Source: Planctomycetota bacterium
Lineage (GTDB): Bacteria; Planctomycetota; Brocadiia; JAADGH01
Length of the DNA stretch: 64,000 bases
Assembly: GCA_040755855.1 (NCBI GenBank)
Contig: JBFMAD010000003.1
Location: 224,001 to 288,000, forward strand
Direction of reading: 5' to 3'
The notes under the pieces are model-generated. The model saw only the letters and a list, made by a program, of their open reading frames with translations, was not told the origin of the DNA and ran no database searches. The position numbers were made by a program, and so were the translations under genes. This document shows positions 40,523 to 50,465 of the stretch, one piece after another; position 1 is the stretch's first letter; each line of letters begins with the position of its first letter.

Positions 40523-41272
40523 CTACAATGCCCCCAGGATCTTGTGTGTCTGTGGGATGATGCGAACGGTGTCCAACGCCTCCTTTGCCGTGGCCTGAAG
40601 GCGCATGAGCGTCACGGGCGTGACTTGCTCGGACTTATCTTCCACCGCCGCAGGCTGAATTACCAGTGGAATCCCCCTATCCACCGACGCCATCAGCGAT
40701 GCGACCTCCGTGATCTCGTGCGCGGTTGTTTTTGCATTCACCGCCGCCTTCACGAACACATGCTTCCGGGCCGCCGCCAACAGGAACTTCCGGTGCGCCT
40801 CGATGTCGGGCTCGGCGCCGCAGGTCGAATGAATCTTGATGTCCATTGACACGATGTCAATCCGGTCAATCACCTTCGACAGCTCATCCGGCAGCGTGCC
40901 GTTGGTCTCCAGATACGTCATGGGAAACAAGCGCACCGTCATGGGGACAAACTCGGCAAGGAAATCCGCCTGCAGCAACGGCTCCCCGCCCGTGAAGCAG
41001 ATGGAGTGGTGAAGGTTCTCGCGCCCGCGCAGGTCGGAGACGATGGACACGAGGCGGCATGCATCCAGGGGATTGCGAACGAACACAAAGGAAGAACTGC
41101 CCGGGATGCGCTCGATGCGGCAGTCCTCGTGTCGCTCCCAGTTCCACTTCGAGTCGCAGTAGCTGCACCGAAGGTTGCATCCGGAGAACCGGACGAAAAC
41201 CTGCCGCTCCCCTACCAGCATCCCCTCCCCCTGGATGCTGGAAAACACCTCTGCGATATTCGCCGTCGCCAT
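40523..41272 (-). CDS. queE: 7-carboxy-7-deazaguanine synthase
   Basis: EVFSSIQGEG, RFSGCNLRCSYCD, TGGEPLLQ, ETNGT and PQTHK. Confidence 0.95.
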   Translation of the reverse strand: MATANIAEVFSSIQGEGMLVGERQVFVRFSGCNLRCSYCDSKWNWERHEDCRIERIPGSSSFVFVRNPLDACRLVSIVSDLRGRENLHHSICFTGGEPLLQADFLAEFVPMTVRLFPMTYLETNGTLPDELSKVIDRIDIVSMDIKIHSTCGAEPDIEAHRKFLLAAARKHVFVKAAVNAKTTAHEITEVASLMASVDRGIPLVIQPAAVEDKSEQVTPVTLMRLQATAKEALDTVRIIPQTHKILGAL

Positions 41273-41273
41273 G

Positions 41274-41831
41274 CTACTGCACGCCTTTCACCTTGGTCCG
41301 GGCATCGCTCACGGAATCCATCTCTGCGATGTAGGCGCGCTGGATTGCATCGCCGAAGCCGCGGGGATCAATGCCGTACTCCGCCAGGCCCACTGCCGGC
41401 ACCGGCGCGCCGGCGGGGTCAATGTTCACCCCCGCATGGATCATCGTCGAGACCGGCGAGGCCGTGGCGATGGATACGGTGAGCTTCCGGTCGCCGTCGT
41501 AGAGGTCGTCGCCCTTCCGTCGCACCGCCTCGCGTCCCAGGCGGCGGTTGATTTCGTCCTTGATGATCGCCATGAGGAGACGTTGGCGGAGGATCGTCTT
41601 GTCCAGGTCGGAGTCGAAATGCTCGACGATGAAGTGGAGCATCCGCGCGGCCTTGATCGTCGCATCCCCCTTGGCATCGGCCATGTCGCAGATGAGGTCC
41701 GGCCGGACGTCGCACGGGCCGAGGAAGGCAACAATACTGTCGCCCTGCACGTCATGGGTCCTGTAGGCCCACAGGGACCGGAGCTGCTCGCCTGTATACG
41801 TTTCTTCCTTTTCAGCGAGGAGCGATTTCAT
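41274..41831 (-). CDS. DUF366 family protein
   Basis: YTGEQLRSLWAY...GDSIVAFLG, MLHFIVEHF, LRQRLL and GDDLY...KLTVSIAT. Confidence 0.85.
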   Translation of the reverse strand: MKSLLAEKEETYTGEQLRSLWAYRTHDVQGDSIVAFLGPCDVRPDLICDMADAKGDATIKAARMLHFIVEHFDSDLDKTILRQRLLMAIIKDEINRRLGREAVRRKGDDLYDGDRKLTVSIATASPVSTMIHAGVNIDPAGAPVPAVGLAEYGIDPRGFGDAIQRAYIAEMDSVSDARTKVKGVQ

Positions 41832-42508
41832 TTTGTCCGCTTGCTCTCATACCATTCCAGGTTATTTGTTTGCACCAGCGCCCGGCGGAATCGCCTGCAC
41901 GACTCGCACTTCCAGCAAAGCTCCGGCCCCGCTTCATAGCACGGCCACACCAGGTCAATCGGGGCGTCTATCTTGCGGCCGAAGCGAACGACCTGCGCCT
42001 TGCTCATCTCGATGGTGTGGCAGATCACGCGAACCTTCGTCATCGTGCTGTAGGCCAGCGCCCCGTTCGACGCCCCGACAAACTCCGGGGTGTTGTCGGG
42101 GAACGTCGCGCCCTCCTCGGAGTTGAAACCGACGACGACGGTGTCGCACCCCATGGCCTCCGCATGCGCCGCGGCGATGTTGATGAATATCCCATTCCGG
42201 TTCGGCACCCACACTGCGGCGGCCGTCCGCTTGCCGGCCGTGTCGAGCTCGGCATCCGATGGGGTGGGGAGGTCCTTCCCCAAATCCACCAGGGCCGTCG
42301 TCGTGATCTCCGCCAGCCAGGGCAGGGCGATGACCTTGTGCGCTACGTCGAACCGCGACGCGATGGCGTGGGCCGCCTCGATCTCTCGGCGCGCGGCCCG
42401 CTGGCCGTAGTCGAACGTCAGGGCCAGGGTCGCCCCACCCTCGTCCATGGCCCGCTTGAAATTCACCGTCGAGTCCAATCCGCCCGAGAGTAAAGAAATC
42501 GTTTTCAT
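41828..42508 (-). CDS. queC: 7-cyano-7-deazaguanine synthase
   Basis: LLSGGLDS, FDYGQR, WVPNRN, FPDNTPEF and CY...CWKCESC. Confidence 0.95.
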   Translation of the reverse strand: MKTISLLSGGLDSTVNFKRAMDEGGATLALTFDYGQRAARREIEAAHAIASRFDVAHKVIALPWLAEITTTALVDLGKDLPTPSDAELDTAGKRTAAAVWVPNRNGIFINIAAAHAEAMGCDTVVVGFNSEEGATFPDNTPEFVGASNGALAYSTMTKVRVICHTIEMSKAQVVRFGRKIDAPIDLVWPCYEAGPELCWKCESCRRFRRALVQTNNLEWYESKRTK

Positions 42509-42616
42509 CAGACTGTTCTCACTTGGGCTGCGTCCCCTCATCTTGAACCGAGGAACCTGTGGGCTTCGAGATTCCCTTGAACTCTTGGCACGAGGAAGAA
42601 CGGTTGATCTCCTCAC

Positions 42617-43528
42617 TCACAGCCCCCACCGCGGCTTCCACGTGCCCGCGAAATCTTGATCTGATGCAAGAGCCACGGCAAGCGGTTTCAGAAATCCGGC
42701 TATCGAGGTAACAACCTTGGCAAAATCGTGTTCTACATAGCCGAGGTTGCTCGTGCGGAGAAAGCTACGCCATTGCGTTCCCTTCGACTGATCGGCGGCA
42801 AAACTGTCAGTAAGAGCAACCGGATCGGCGGGTATCTCTGTGCCGCGCGTGTTGAAGGTGGTGCGAATGGCCTGAGCAAGCACCAGACCATCGAACTCGC
42901 ATGTCCGGGAAAGCAACCAAATGTCGAAGAAGTCTTTCATGCGGCTGTTTAGCTCTCCCAGTTTCACCATGGCCTCGAATTTCTCCGCGATAACACTCTC
43001 CATGCTGTAGCCGTATAGACGCGGTGCGGGCAAATCCAACAGTGTGGGATAATCCACGAGCGAGGCCTGCGGCGTGACGACATCGCTGAACCCGATGTCC
43101 AGTCGCATGTCGATCTGCGCATTTCCAAGATTACCTTCCCATTTGACACGCACCCCATTGTAGTCCGCATCCTCCGTGATCCGCTCCGCCTCAAGGGTTG
43201 TCGGATCAAACTGGAGGCCATCGGGTTCCACTTCTTGGGTGCATACATCTCTCACCATAGAGAGGATGTTGTCGATGCTGTTATCGGTCCGGCCGAGCAT
43301 GTCTATATCTTTTGTTGGTCGGGAGAGGGGCACCTTCCAGACCCTGAACATCAATCCGCCTTTGAGAGCAAGCTTGTCCGCGTACGGAGATTTCGACAGC
43401 CGATAGAGGAAGCGCTCCAGTGCATAGTGCCTGAGCACCTCATTGAATAGTCGTCCTTCCTGTTTGGCCTTGTTGAGGAGGCGTTGATGGATGGAAGCCG
43501 CAAGGTTTTTGACCGGGTCTTTTGTCAA
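42617..43528 (-). CDS. abiEii: AbiEii-family nucleotidyltransferase toxin (type IV TA)
   Basis: ERFLYRL, LKGG, RPTKDID, AEKFEAM and SRMKDFFD; 4-nt overlap with abiEi. Confidence 0.92.
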   Translation of the reverse strand: MTKDPVKNLAASIHQRLLNKAKQEGRLFNEVLRHYALERFLYRLSKSPYADKLALKGGLMFRVWKVPLSRPTKDIDMLGRTDNSIDNILSMVRDVCTQEVEPDGLQFDPTTLEAERITEDADYNGVRVKWEGNLGNAQIDMRLDIGFSDVVTPQASLVDYPTLLDLPAPRLYGYSMESVIAEKFEAMVKLGELNSRMKDFFDIWLLSRTCEFDGLVLAQAIRTTFNTRGTEIPADPVALTDSFAADQSKGTQWRSFLRTSNLGYVEHDFAKVVTSIAGFLKPLAVALASDQDFAGTWKPRWGL

Positions 43529-44139
43529 AGAACCCCCTCCACGTAGGGCCGCATGACCTTCCCAACCCGGCAGATTCGCGCATAGTGCATGACCTTGTCC
43601 ACGTTGAAGCCTTTGCGGTGCCGGTACAGTCTTAGCGCCTCCATGGCTATGTCGAGGCCGATTTTATTCCGGTACTTGAAACAATCCGCAAGGGTCTTCT
43701 CAGGGCAATAAATCCGAACGGGCACGTTGTCTATGCTGTGGCTTTCTATGCCTTCGGTAAAGGCACTGCCTCTGAACCAGAATATGCGGAGGGGGGGATA
43801 GTCCAGCCTGGGTGGTCTCGAGTCCTCCGCCAGAGCAATGTGTACCTCGTGAGGAATCTGGGTCGTTATTTCGTGATAGGCCAGAGCGGAGATGAGGCAT
43901 ATCACACCGTCAGGGATTCTCTTGGCCACCGCCACGAGATCGGGGTTAGAGAGGGGCGGCAGATCAGCCAGCCGATACACGCCCCGGCTAATCTGCTCTA
44001 CGACCCCCGCCTTCCACATAACATAGAGTGTTCGAGGGTGGATACGGGCTTTGATAGCCTCCCTGGTTCTGAGCATTCCACCATGCTCTTGGAATATAGC
44101 TTTTGCTTTTTCAATTGGATCGGAAGTTGAAATGTTCAT
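43525..44139 (-). CDS. abiEi: AbiEi-family antitoxin
   Basis: QISRGVYRL, ICLISALAYHEITTQIP and EKTLADCFKYRNKIG. Confidence 0.92.
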   Translation of the reverse strand: MNISTSDPIEKAKAIFQEHGGMLRTREAIKARIHPRTLYVMWKAGVVEQISRGVYRLADLPPLSNPDLVAVAKRIPDGVICLISALAYHEITTQIPHEVHIALAEDSRPPRLDYPPLRIFWFRGSAFTEGIESHSIDNVPVRIYCPEKTLADCFKYRNKIGLDIAMEALRLYRHRKGFNVDKVMHYARICRVGKVMRPYVEGVL

Positions 44140-44187
44140 TATGGTTTTTATTTTTGGAAAAATGCCGAAAATCTTCTTTTTTTGGTT

Positions 44188-44505
44188 TGGATAAAAATGT
44201 CAGCATTTAACAATATTTACTGACATTTTTATCCATGACGCTAATTTTGTCAAGAAAATTTCTGGATAAAAATGTCAGTATTAAAAGATATTTACTGACA
44301 TTTTTATCCAATTTCTGAGTTTTGTTAAACGCATTTGGCTTTTTGAATAAAAAATCGGGTATTTTTAAACATTTACCCGATTTTTTATCCAAAGCGAGTT
44401 TTTTCGGAAAAAATCCCGGGAAAAACGCAAAGTCTTCTTGCAAAAAACGGGAGTTTTTGGACAAAAAATCAGGTTTTCGAAAATATCTACCTGATTTTTT
44501 GTCCA
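44188..44505. repeat. Array of four 48-bp palindromes (16-bp arm, 16-bp spacer, 16-bp arm)
   Basis: Units at 44188-44235, 44263-44310, 44344-44391 and 44458-44505. A minus-strand TTGACA at 44253-44248 lies between units 1 and 2. Confidence 0.9.
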
Positions 44506-44533
44506 AAATCCGCGTTTCATCAAAAATGGAATG

Positions 44534-44869
44534 CTATGAACCTTCCTCTGAACGCTCCTCGCATTGAAAAGTAGAAGTCAACGAATTCAGACACTCATCA
44601 AATATCTGCCCATGTCCGCTATATTCTCCGTGTCTTATGAATTCGAGCACATGGGCCAGTTCATGCAAAATAAGTGGCTCCAAATCCTCCTTGGAGGTCT
44701 TCTCATATATGGCAATAGACTTCCTATCACCAAACCCGATATTTACAGACACGTCGATCAGGTCCATTCGCGTGCCGACAAGCTCAGGAAAACCCTTCTC
44801 AAGTTTCGCAAGAATTCTATCAAATGTATCATACATTCTCTGCGTGGCCTGCTTGCTGATCTCTGCCAT
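44534..44869 (-). CDS. Small HEXXH (SprT-like) metalloprotein
   Basis: 111 aa with ILHELAHVLE...GHGQIF; AT-richer codon usage; GAGAGT upstream. Confidence 0.6.
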   Translation of the reverse strand: MAEISKQATQRMYDTFDRILAKLEKGFPELVGTRMDLIDVSVNIGFGDRKSIAIYEKTSKEDLEPLILHELAHVLEFIRHGEYSGHGQIFDECLNSLTSTFQCEERSEEGS

Positions 44870-44930
44870 ACTCTCTTGCCTTCTCCATTCCCAGGGGAAT
44901 TAGCATTTCCGCTGCGCCACGGTGACTTTT

Positions 44931-45977
44931 TCACCTGGACCGCGGCGTCTTGCGTGGCGAGGTCCTCCATCGGACCCGCCCATCTGCGTCAATTGATGCG
45001 ATCCGTGACGAGCCCTCGTAGGCCAGGACCTTGAAGTCCGTCTCCAGCGTCGCGCCGCCGTCGAGTGTGAGCAGGCGCGTTCCGTTCTCATGGGCCTTCG
45101 GCAGGCTGCTGAAGGGCTCGATGGCCGAGCCATAGACGCGGCCATACCACGGATACCCCTTCGTGTAATTGAACTCCTGCCAGATCCATACGCAGTCAAA
45201 TACCTTCGGGTCCCAGACCGCCCCGAAGCCGACCTTCATTTTCGTGTTTGTGAATCCGTACCAGCCCGCGTTCAGGTTGAGGAGATACTTCATCTGCTCA
45301 TCCTCGCGCTTGACGGGGATGACCCGGCTGTGGTCCACCTTGTCCTTCCCGATGGGCCAGGGTTGATCCACCTCGTCCACGCGGACGATCTCCGCATCGG
45401 CGTCAACCACGCAATCCGTGCTCAGGAACGGCGGGCCGAAGGCGATGTGATGGCCCCACATGAACTCGAACGGCGCGGCGCCCTCGTTCGTCGCCTTCTC
45501 GGAAAAGTGGAGGACGGCCTCGCCGCTTCGGAGTGTGATCGTCTTCTCCAGCAGGAACGGCGTCCGGACGGTGCGCACCGAGAACCGGATGCTGACCTCC
45601 TCCGGCGAATCCTCCAACACCTGGTAGTTCCACGGCACGCCCCACACCTCGCCGTGCTGGCCGATGCGCGCCCCCTGGTAGGTGGTCGGCGCGCTGCCGT
45701 GGGGGAAGAGCTCCTGCCAGCCGCCCTCGTAGTAGTCCATGAAGGAGTAGTCTGTCTCCCACGAGGCGGCGTATTTCGCCCGGTTGCGAATGCCGTTCGG
45801 CGTGCGGAGCATGAAGTCCACGTCCTTCGGCTTGTAGAGGAACTCGAAGATGTCCGTGCCCTGATCGAGGAGGATCGAGACGCGGATCAGCTCGTTCTCC
45901 ATGACGATCACGCGGAGGTCGTCGTACTTGTATTTGTCGCAGTATCGTGCGCCATAGTTGCGTTCGAGCGCAGTCAT
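44931..45977 (-). CDS. Aldose 1-epimerase-like (DUF4432/mutarotase fold) protein
   Basis: GGWQELFP, QHGEVW, MWGHHIAFG, VWIWQE and AIEP. Confidence 0.8.
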   Translation of the reverse strand: MTALERNYGARYCDKYKYDDLRVIVMENELIRVSILLDQGTDIFEFLYKPKDVDFMLRTPNGIRNRAKYAASWETDYSFMDYYEGGWQELFPHGSAPTTYQGARIGQHGEVWGVPWNYQVLEDSPEEVSIRFSVRTVRTPFLLEKTITLRSGEAVLHFSEKATNEGAAPFEFMWGHHIAFGPPFLSTDCVVDADAEIVRVDEVDQPWPIGKDKVDHSRVIPVKREDEQMKYLLNLNAGWYGFTNTKMKVGFGAVWDPKVFDCVWIWQEFNYTKGYPWYGRVYGSAIEPFSSLPKAHENGTRLLTLDGGATLETDFKVLAYEGSSRIASIDADGRVRWRTSPRKTPRSR

Positions 45978-46218
45978 AGGTTTCCTCCGGAGAAGATCGT
46001 GTCGGCCACTTATGTGATTCTAAGTTTGATCGGGGGTGTCTTTCAAGGCAAAAAGCGCCATATTACTCCTGGCGTGTTCGTCAGTGCTCAAGTTGGGCCG
46101 TTTAGATATTTCTATAAGCATCCATCAAGACAAAATGATTGACATGCGCCCGCCAAATGGCCTATAATTTTTTGTTTACCCTACGGAGGGGGTATCTGTT
46201 TGTAAGTAGGACCTTCAC

Positions 46219-49200
46219 ATGGCGCGTAAGTACTATCTTGGACTGGACGCGGGGTCAATCAGTCTGAATGTCGTCCTGCTGGACGAGGGCAAGCGCATCA
46301 TTGAAGAGAGCTATACGCGCATCAAGGGAAAGCCCGTTCAGACCGCGAGAGACGTCCTCGCCGCTCTTTTTGGCAAATATCCGATCGAGGACATCCAAAC
46401 CGTGGCCGTCACCGGCTCCGGCGGACGGCTCATCGCCCGGCTCCTGGACATCGAGTTCATCAACGAGATCGTCGCCCAGGCCCGCGCGGAGGAGGAACTG
46501 CACCCGGAGGTGCGAACCATCATCGAGATCGGCGGGGAGGACTCGAAACTCATCTGGCTGGAGAAAGATCCGCACTCCGGCCGCATCGTCGTCCGCGACT
46601 TCGCCATGAACACCGTCTGCGCCGCTGGCACGGGGTCCTTCCTCGACCAGCAGGCATCCCGCCTCGGCCTCTCCATCGAAAACGAGTTCGGCGAACTGGC
46701 GCTCAAGTCCGAAAACCCGCCGCGCGTCGCCGGGCGGTGCTCGGTCTTCGCCAAGTCCGATATGATCCATCTGCAGCAGCAGGCGACGCCCGTTTACGAC
46801 ATCGTGGCCGGCCTCTGCTACGCCATGGCGCGGAACGTGAAGAGCAACCTCGCCACCGGCAAGGAGATCGAGAAACCCGTCGCCTTCCAGGGCGGCGTGG
46901 CCGCTAACCAGGGCCTGGTACGGGCCTTTGAGGACGTGCTCGAACTCGGCCGAGGGGACCTGATTATCCCGAAGCACCACGCCTCCATGGGCGCGATCGG
47001 GGCCATCCTCACCGCACTTGACCAGGGGGCGCAGAGCCGCATCAGCGACCTGTCGCTGCTCGACATACATCTCCAGGAATTGGCGGGCAAGAAGGTGGGC
47101 CTGCGCCTTGCGCCACTGGCCTTCGAGGGGGATACCAGCGACCGGCACTACGTCTCCGCCCGGTCGGGGATGGCGTCGGCGCGCGCGAAGGACGGCCTCA
47201 TCCCGGCCTACTTGGGGGTTGACGTAGGTTCCATCAGCACAAACGTCGTGGTGCTCGACGCGAACCGCAATCTGCTGGCCAAGAGCTACCTGATGACGGC
47301 AGGCCAGCCCCTTCGGGCCGTGCAGGAGGGCCTGCGCGAGGTGGGCGAGAAGGTGGCCGACAAGGTGAATATCCTCGGCGCCTGCACCACGGGATCGGGC
47401 CGTTACCTGACGGGCGACTTCGTCGGCGCGGATTGCGTCCGGAATGAAATCACCGCCCAGGCTATGGGAGCAATCTCCATTGACCCGGCAGTGGACACCA
47501 TCTTCGAGATCGGCGGGCAGGACTCGAAGTACATCAGCATTGACAACGGCGTAGTGGTGGACTTCGAGATGAACCACGTCTGCGCGGCCGGCACGGGATC
47601 ATTCTTGGAGGAGCAGGCCGAGAAGCTCGGCATCCAAATCAAGGTGGAGTTCGGGGACCTGGCGCTCCGGTGCGAGTCGCCCGTCAAGCTTGGGGAGCGG
47701 TGCACGGTCTTCATGGAATCGAATGTCGTGCACTGCCAGCAGAATGGCGCGGCGGTGGACGAGCTGGTGGGCGGCCTGTCCTACTCCATCGTTTACAACT
47801 ATTTGAACCGCGTTGTCGCGCATCGCCGGCGAGGCAACCGCATCTTCTTCCAGGGGGGCACGGCGGCAAACAAGGGTGTGGTGGCAGCGTTCGAAAAGGT
47901 GATGGGCAAGCCCATCATCGTCCCGGAGCACCACGACGTGACCGGCGCCATCGGCGCGGCGATCCTGGCCCAGGAATACCAGGAGGCCGAGGGCCGGACA
48001 GAGAGCAACTTCCGGGGCTTCGACCTGAGCGACCGGAAGTACACCATTCGCCCCTTCGAGTGCAAGGACTGCCCGAACCACTGCGAGATCAAGGAAGTCA
48101 CTATCGAGGGGGAACAACCCCTCTACTACGGCAGCCGGTGCGACAAGTACAACCTCAAGAAGGTGAAGAAGCACGAGGACATCCCGGACCTGTTTGCGGA
48201 ACGGGAGCGGCTGCTCCTGGAGGGATACAAGCCGCCGAAAAAGGACTCGGACAAAAAGGTCGTCGGCATTCCCCGCGCCCTTTACATGCTCCAGCAGTTT
48301 CCCTACTGGCACGCCTTCTTCAAGACCCTGGGCCTTGATGTGCTGCTCTCGCCGGTGTCCAACAAGACATTGATCCGTCGCGGTGTGGAGACGGTCGTCT
48401 CTGAGACGTGCTTCCCATGCAAGGTGATGCACGGCCACGTGGCGCACCTCCTCGATGAGGGCGTGGACTTTCTCTTCATGCCGAGCCTCATCAACCTCAC
48501 GCGCGATGTGGAGGTGCAGGAGAACAATTACGTCTGCCCCTACGTCCAGACGATCCCCTACACGTTGGAGTCGGCCTTTGAGTTTGGGAATTATGATACC
48601 GTCCTGCTGAAGCCGGTGCTCTATTTCGAGCGCGGCGAGAAGGCGATCTACAAGGCGCTGTGCGCCATGAAGGACGCCCTCGGCGTCACGCGGCGGCAGG
48701 TCCGAGAGGCCATGGTCGCCGCCCAGGAGGCGCAGAGACGGTTCGAGCGGGGAATCTGCGAGCGGGGAAAAGAGGCCCTGGCCTCGATCCCCGACGGGCG
48801 GCGGGCGATGGTCGTCCTCAGCCGTCCCTACAATGGGTGCGACTCCGGCATCAACCTGAACCTGCCGCGCAAGCTCCGCGACCTGGGCGTGCTGGCCATC
48901 CCGATGGATTTCCTCCCGCTGATGGAAATCGAGGACTACGAGGAGTGGGAGAATATGTTCTGGAAGTACGGCCAGAGCATCCTCCGCGCCGCCGAGATCG
49001 TCAAGCGGGACAAGCGCCTCAACGCCGTTTATATCAGCAACTTCGGCTGCGGGCCGGACTCGTTCATCAGCAGCTTTGTGAAGGCGGTCCTCGACGACCA
49101 GCCCCTGCTCCAGCTCGAAATTGACGAGCACAGCGCCGACGCCGGCGTCATCACGCGATGCGAGGCCTACCTCGACAGCATCAAGAACGTCGAGCCGAAG

Positions 49201-50451
49201 GCGTCGAAGAGCGCAGAGGTGATTCCGAAGGCGTTCTCCGACGGCGACTCCCGCACGCTCATGGTCCCGCAGATGGGATTGCACGCCTTCGCCCTGGCTG
49301 CGGCCTTCCGTGGATGCGGCATGAACGCCGAGGTGATCCCCATGTCGGATGCGGAGAGCCTGGAATACGGCCGGCGCTACACGATCGGCAAGGAATGTCT
49401 GCCATGTATCGTGACGACGGGCGACATGCTGAAGATCGTTGATCGGCCAAACTTCGACCCGAGGAAGGTCGCCTTCTTCATGCCGTCGGGATCGGGACCG
49501 TGCCGCTTCGGGCAGTACTGCAACCTGCACCGGCTCGTCCTAAAGCGCGCAGGCTTCCCGGACGTCCCCGTCATCGCGCCAAACCAGGGCCGCAGCTTTT
49601 ACGACGATTTCAAACAACTGAAGAAAGACCCCACCCGCCTCGCCTGGCAGGGAATCGTCGTGGTGGACGTCCTCCACAAGGCGCTCCACGCCACGCGGCC
49701 GTATGAGAAAATTCCCGGCGCGACGGATCGGATCTTCCAGGAGTGCTTGGACGAGACGTGCGCGATCCTGGAATCGTGCGGCGATGTCTTTGCCGCTATG
49801 CCGAGGTTTGCCGAAAAGTTCATGTCCGTCGAGGTGGACCGGAGCGAGCCGAGGCCGGTGATCGGCATCGTGGGCGAAATTTACGTCCGAAGCCACTCCT
49901 TCTGCAACCAGGATATAGTCCGTCGCCTGGAGGCGCTGGGCGCGGAGGTCAAGCTGGCTTCCACGAGCGAGTGGATCTACTACACCAACTTCTGCCGCGT
50001 CCGCCGCGGGTGGCTCGAAGGCGACTACCGCACGGCCATTGTCAGCATGCTCAAGGACTTCTTCCAGCACCGCGACGAGCGACGGGCGGCCGGGCCCTTC
50101 CTCGAGGCATACGACGACGTCCTCGAGGTCAAGACGCGGACGCTTCTAGACCTCAGCAATCCATACATCCATGATACCTATGAGGGCGAGGCGGTGCTGA
50201 GCATCGGCAAGACGGTGGAGCTGTTCCACCAGAAGGCCCACGGCGTGGTGAACGTCCTGCCGTTCACCTGCATGCCGGGGACGGTGGTGAGCGCGGTGTT
50301 TAAGCGCCTGCGCCGCGAGTGCGGCAACTTTCCTACTTTGTCCGTTGCTTACGACGGCCAGGAGCAGGCGAACCTTGAGACGCGGCTCGAGGCCTTCGTC
50401 CACCAGTGCCGGCAGTATATGGAGAACATGGCGCGCAAAGGCGCTCATTGA
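46219..50451 (+). CDS. CoA-substrate-specific enzyme activase (two BadF/BadG ATPase domains plus DUF2229-type domains)
   Basis: EIGG(E/Q)DSK...CAAGTGSFL occurs twice; CKDCPNHC, ETCFPCK, FGCGPDS and CRFGQY. Confidence 0.9.
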   Translation: MARKYYLGLDAGSISLNVVLLDEGKRIIEESYTRIKGKPVQTARDVLAALFGKYPIEDIQTVAVTGSGGRLIARLLDIEFINEIVAQARAEEELHPEVRTIIEIGGEDSKLIWLEKDPHSGRIVVRDFAMNTVCAAGTGSFLDQQASRLGLSIENEFGELALKSENPPRVAGRCSVFAKSDMIHLQQQATPVYDIVAGLCYAMARNVKSNLATGKEIEKPVAFQGGVAANQGLVRAFEDVLELGRGDLIIPKHHASMGAIGAILTALDQGAQSRISDLSLLDIHLQELAGKKVGLRLAPLAFEGDTSDRHYVSARSGMASARAKDGLIPAYLGVDVGSISTNVVVLDANRNLLAKSYLMTAGQPLRAVQEGLREVGEKVADKVNILGACTTGSGRYLTGDFVGADCVRNEITAQAMGAISIDPAVDTIFEIGGQDSKYISIDNGVVVDFEMNHVCAAGTGSFLEEQAEKLGIQIKVEFGDLALRCESPVKLGERCTVFMESNVVHCQQNGAAVDELVGGLSYSIVYNYLNRVVAHRRRGNRIFFQGGTAANKGVVAAFEKVMGKPIIVPEHHDVTGAIGAAILAQEYQEAEGRTESNFRGFDLSDRKYTIRPFECKDCPNHCEIKEVTIEGEQPLYYGSRCDKYNLKKVKKHEDIPDLFAERERLLLEGYKPPKKDSDKKVVGIPRALYMLQQFPYWHAFFKTLGLDVLLSPVSNKTLIRRGVETVVSETCFPCKVMHGHVAHLLDEGVDFLFMPSLINLTRDVEVQENNYVCPYVQTIPYTLESAFEFGNYDTVLLKPVLYFERGEKAIYKALCAMKDALGVTRRQVREAMVAAQEAQRRFERGICERGKEALASIPDGRRAMVVLSRPYNGCDSGINLNLPRKLRDLGVLAIPMDFLPLMEIEDYEEWENMFWKYGQSILRAAEIVKRDKRLNAVYISNFGCGPDSFISSFVKAVLDDQPLLQLEIDEHSADAGVITRCEAYLDSIKNVEPKASKSAEVIPKAFSDGDSRTLMVPQMGLHAFALAAAFRGCGMNAEVIPMSDAESLEYGRRYTIGKECLPCIVTTGDMLKIVDRPNFDPRKVAFFMPSGSGPCRFGQYCNLHRLVLKRAGFPDVPVIAPNQGRSFYDDFKQLKKDPTRLAWQGIVVVDVLHKALHATRPYEKIPGATDRIFQECLDETCAILESCGDVFAAMPRFAEKFMSVEVDRSEPRPVIGIVGEIYVRSHSFCNQDIVRRLEALGAEVKLASTSEWIYYTNFCRVRRGWLEGDYRTAIVSMLKDFFQHRDERRAAGPFLEAYDDVLEVKTRTLLDLSNPYIHDTYEGEAVLSIGKTVELFHQKAHGVVNVLPFTCMPGTVVSAVFKRLRRECGNFPTLSVAYDGQEQANLETRLEAFVHQCRQYMENMARKGAH

Positions 50452-50465
50452 GGGAGGGAGCGAAC

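Noticed and set aside
40523..42508. Dpd-type DNA deazaguanine modification system
   Set aside because: No dpdA/tgt-like or dpdB-K genes are in the window.
44188..44505. CRISPR array or integron attC sites
   Set aside because: The units are long palindromes with uneven gaps, and there are no cas genes, integrase or attC core sites.
44207..44567. Short ORFs on both strands over the array
   Set aside because: Their peptide repeats simply reflect the DNA palindromes.
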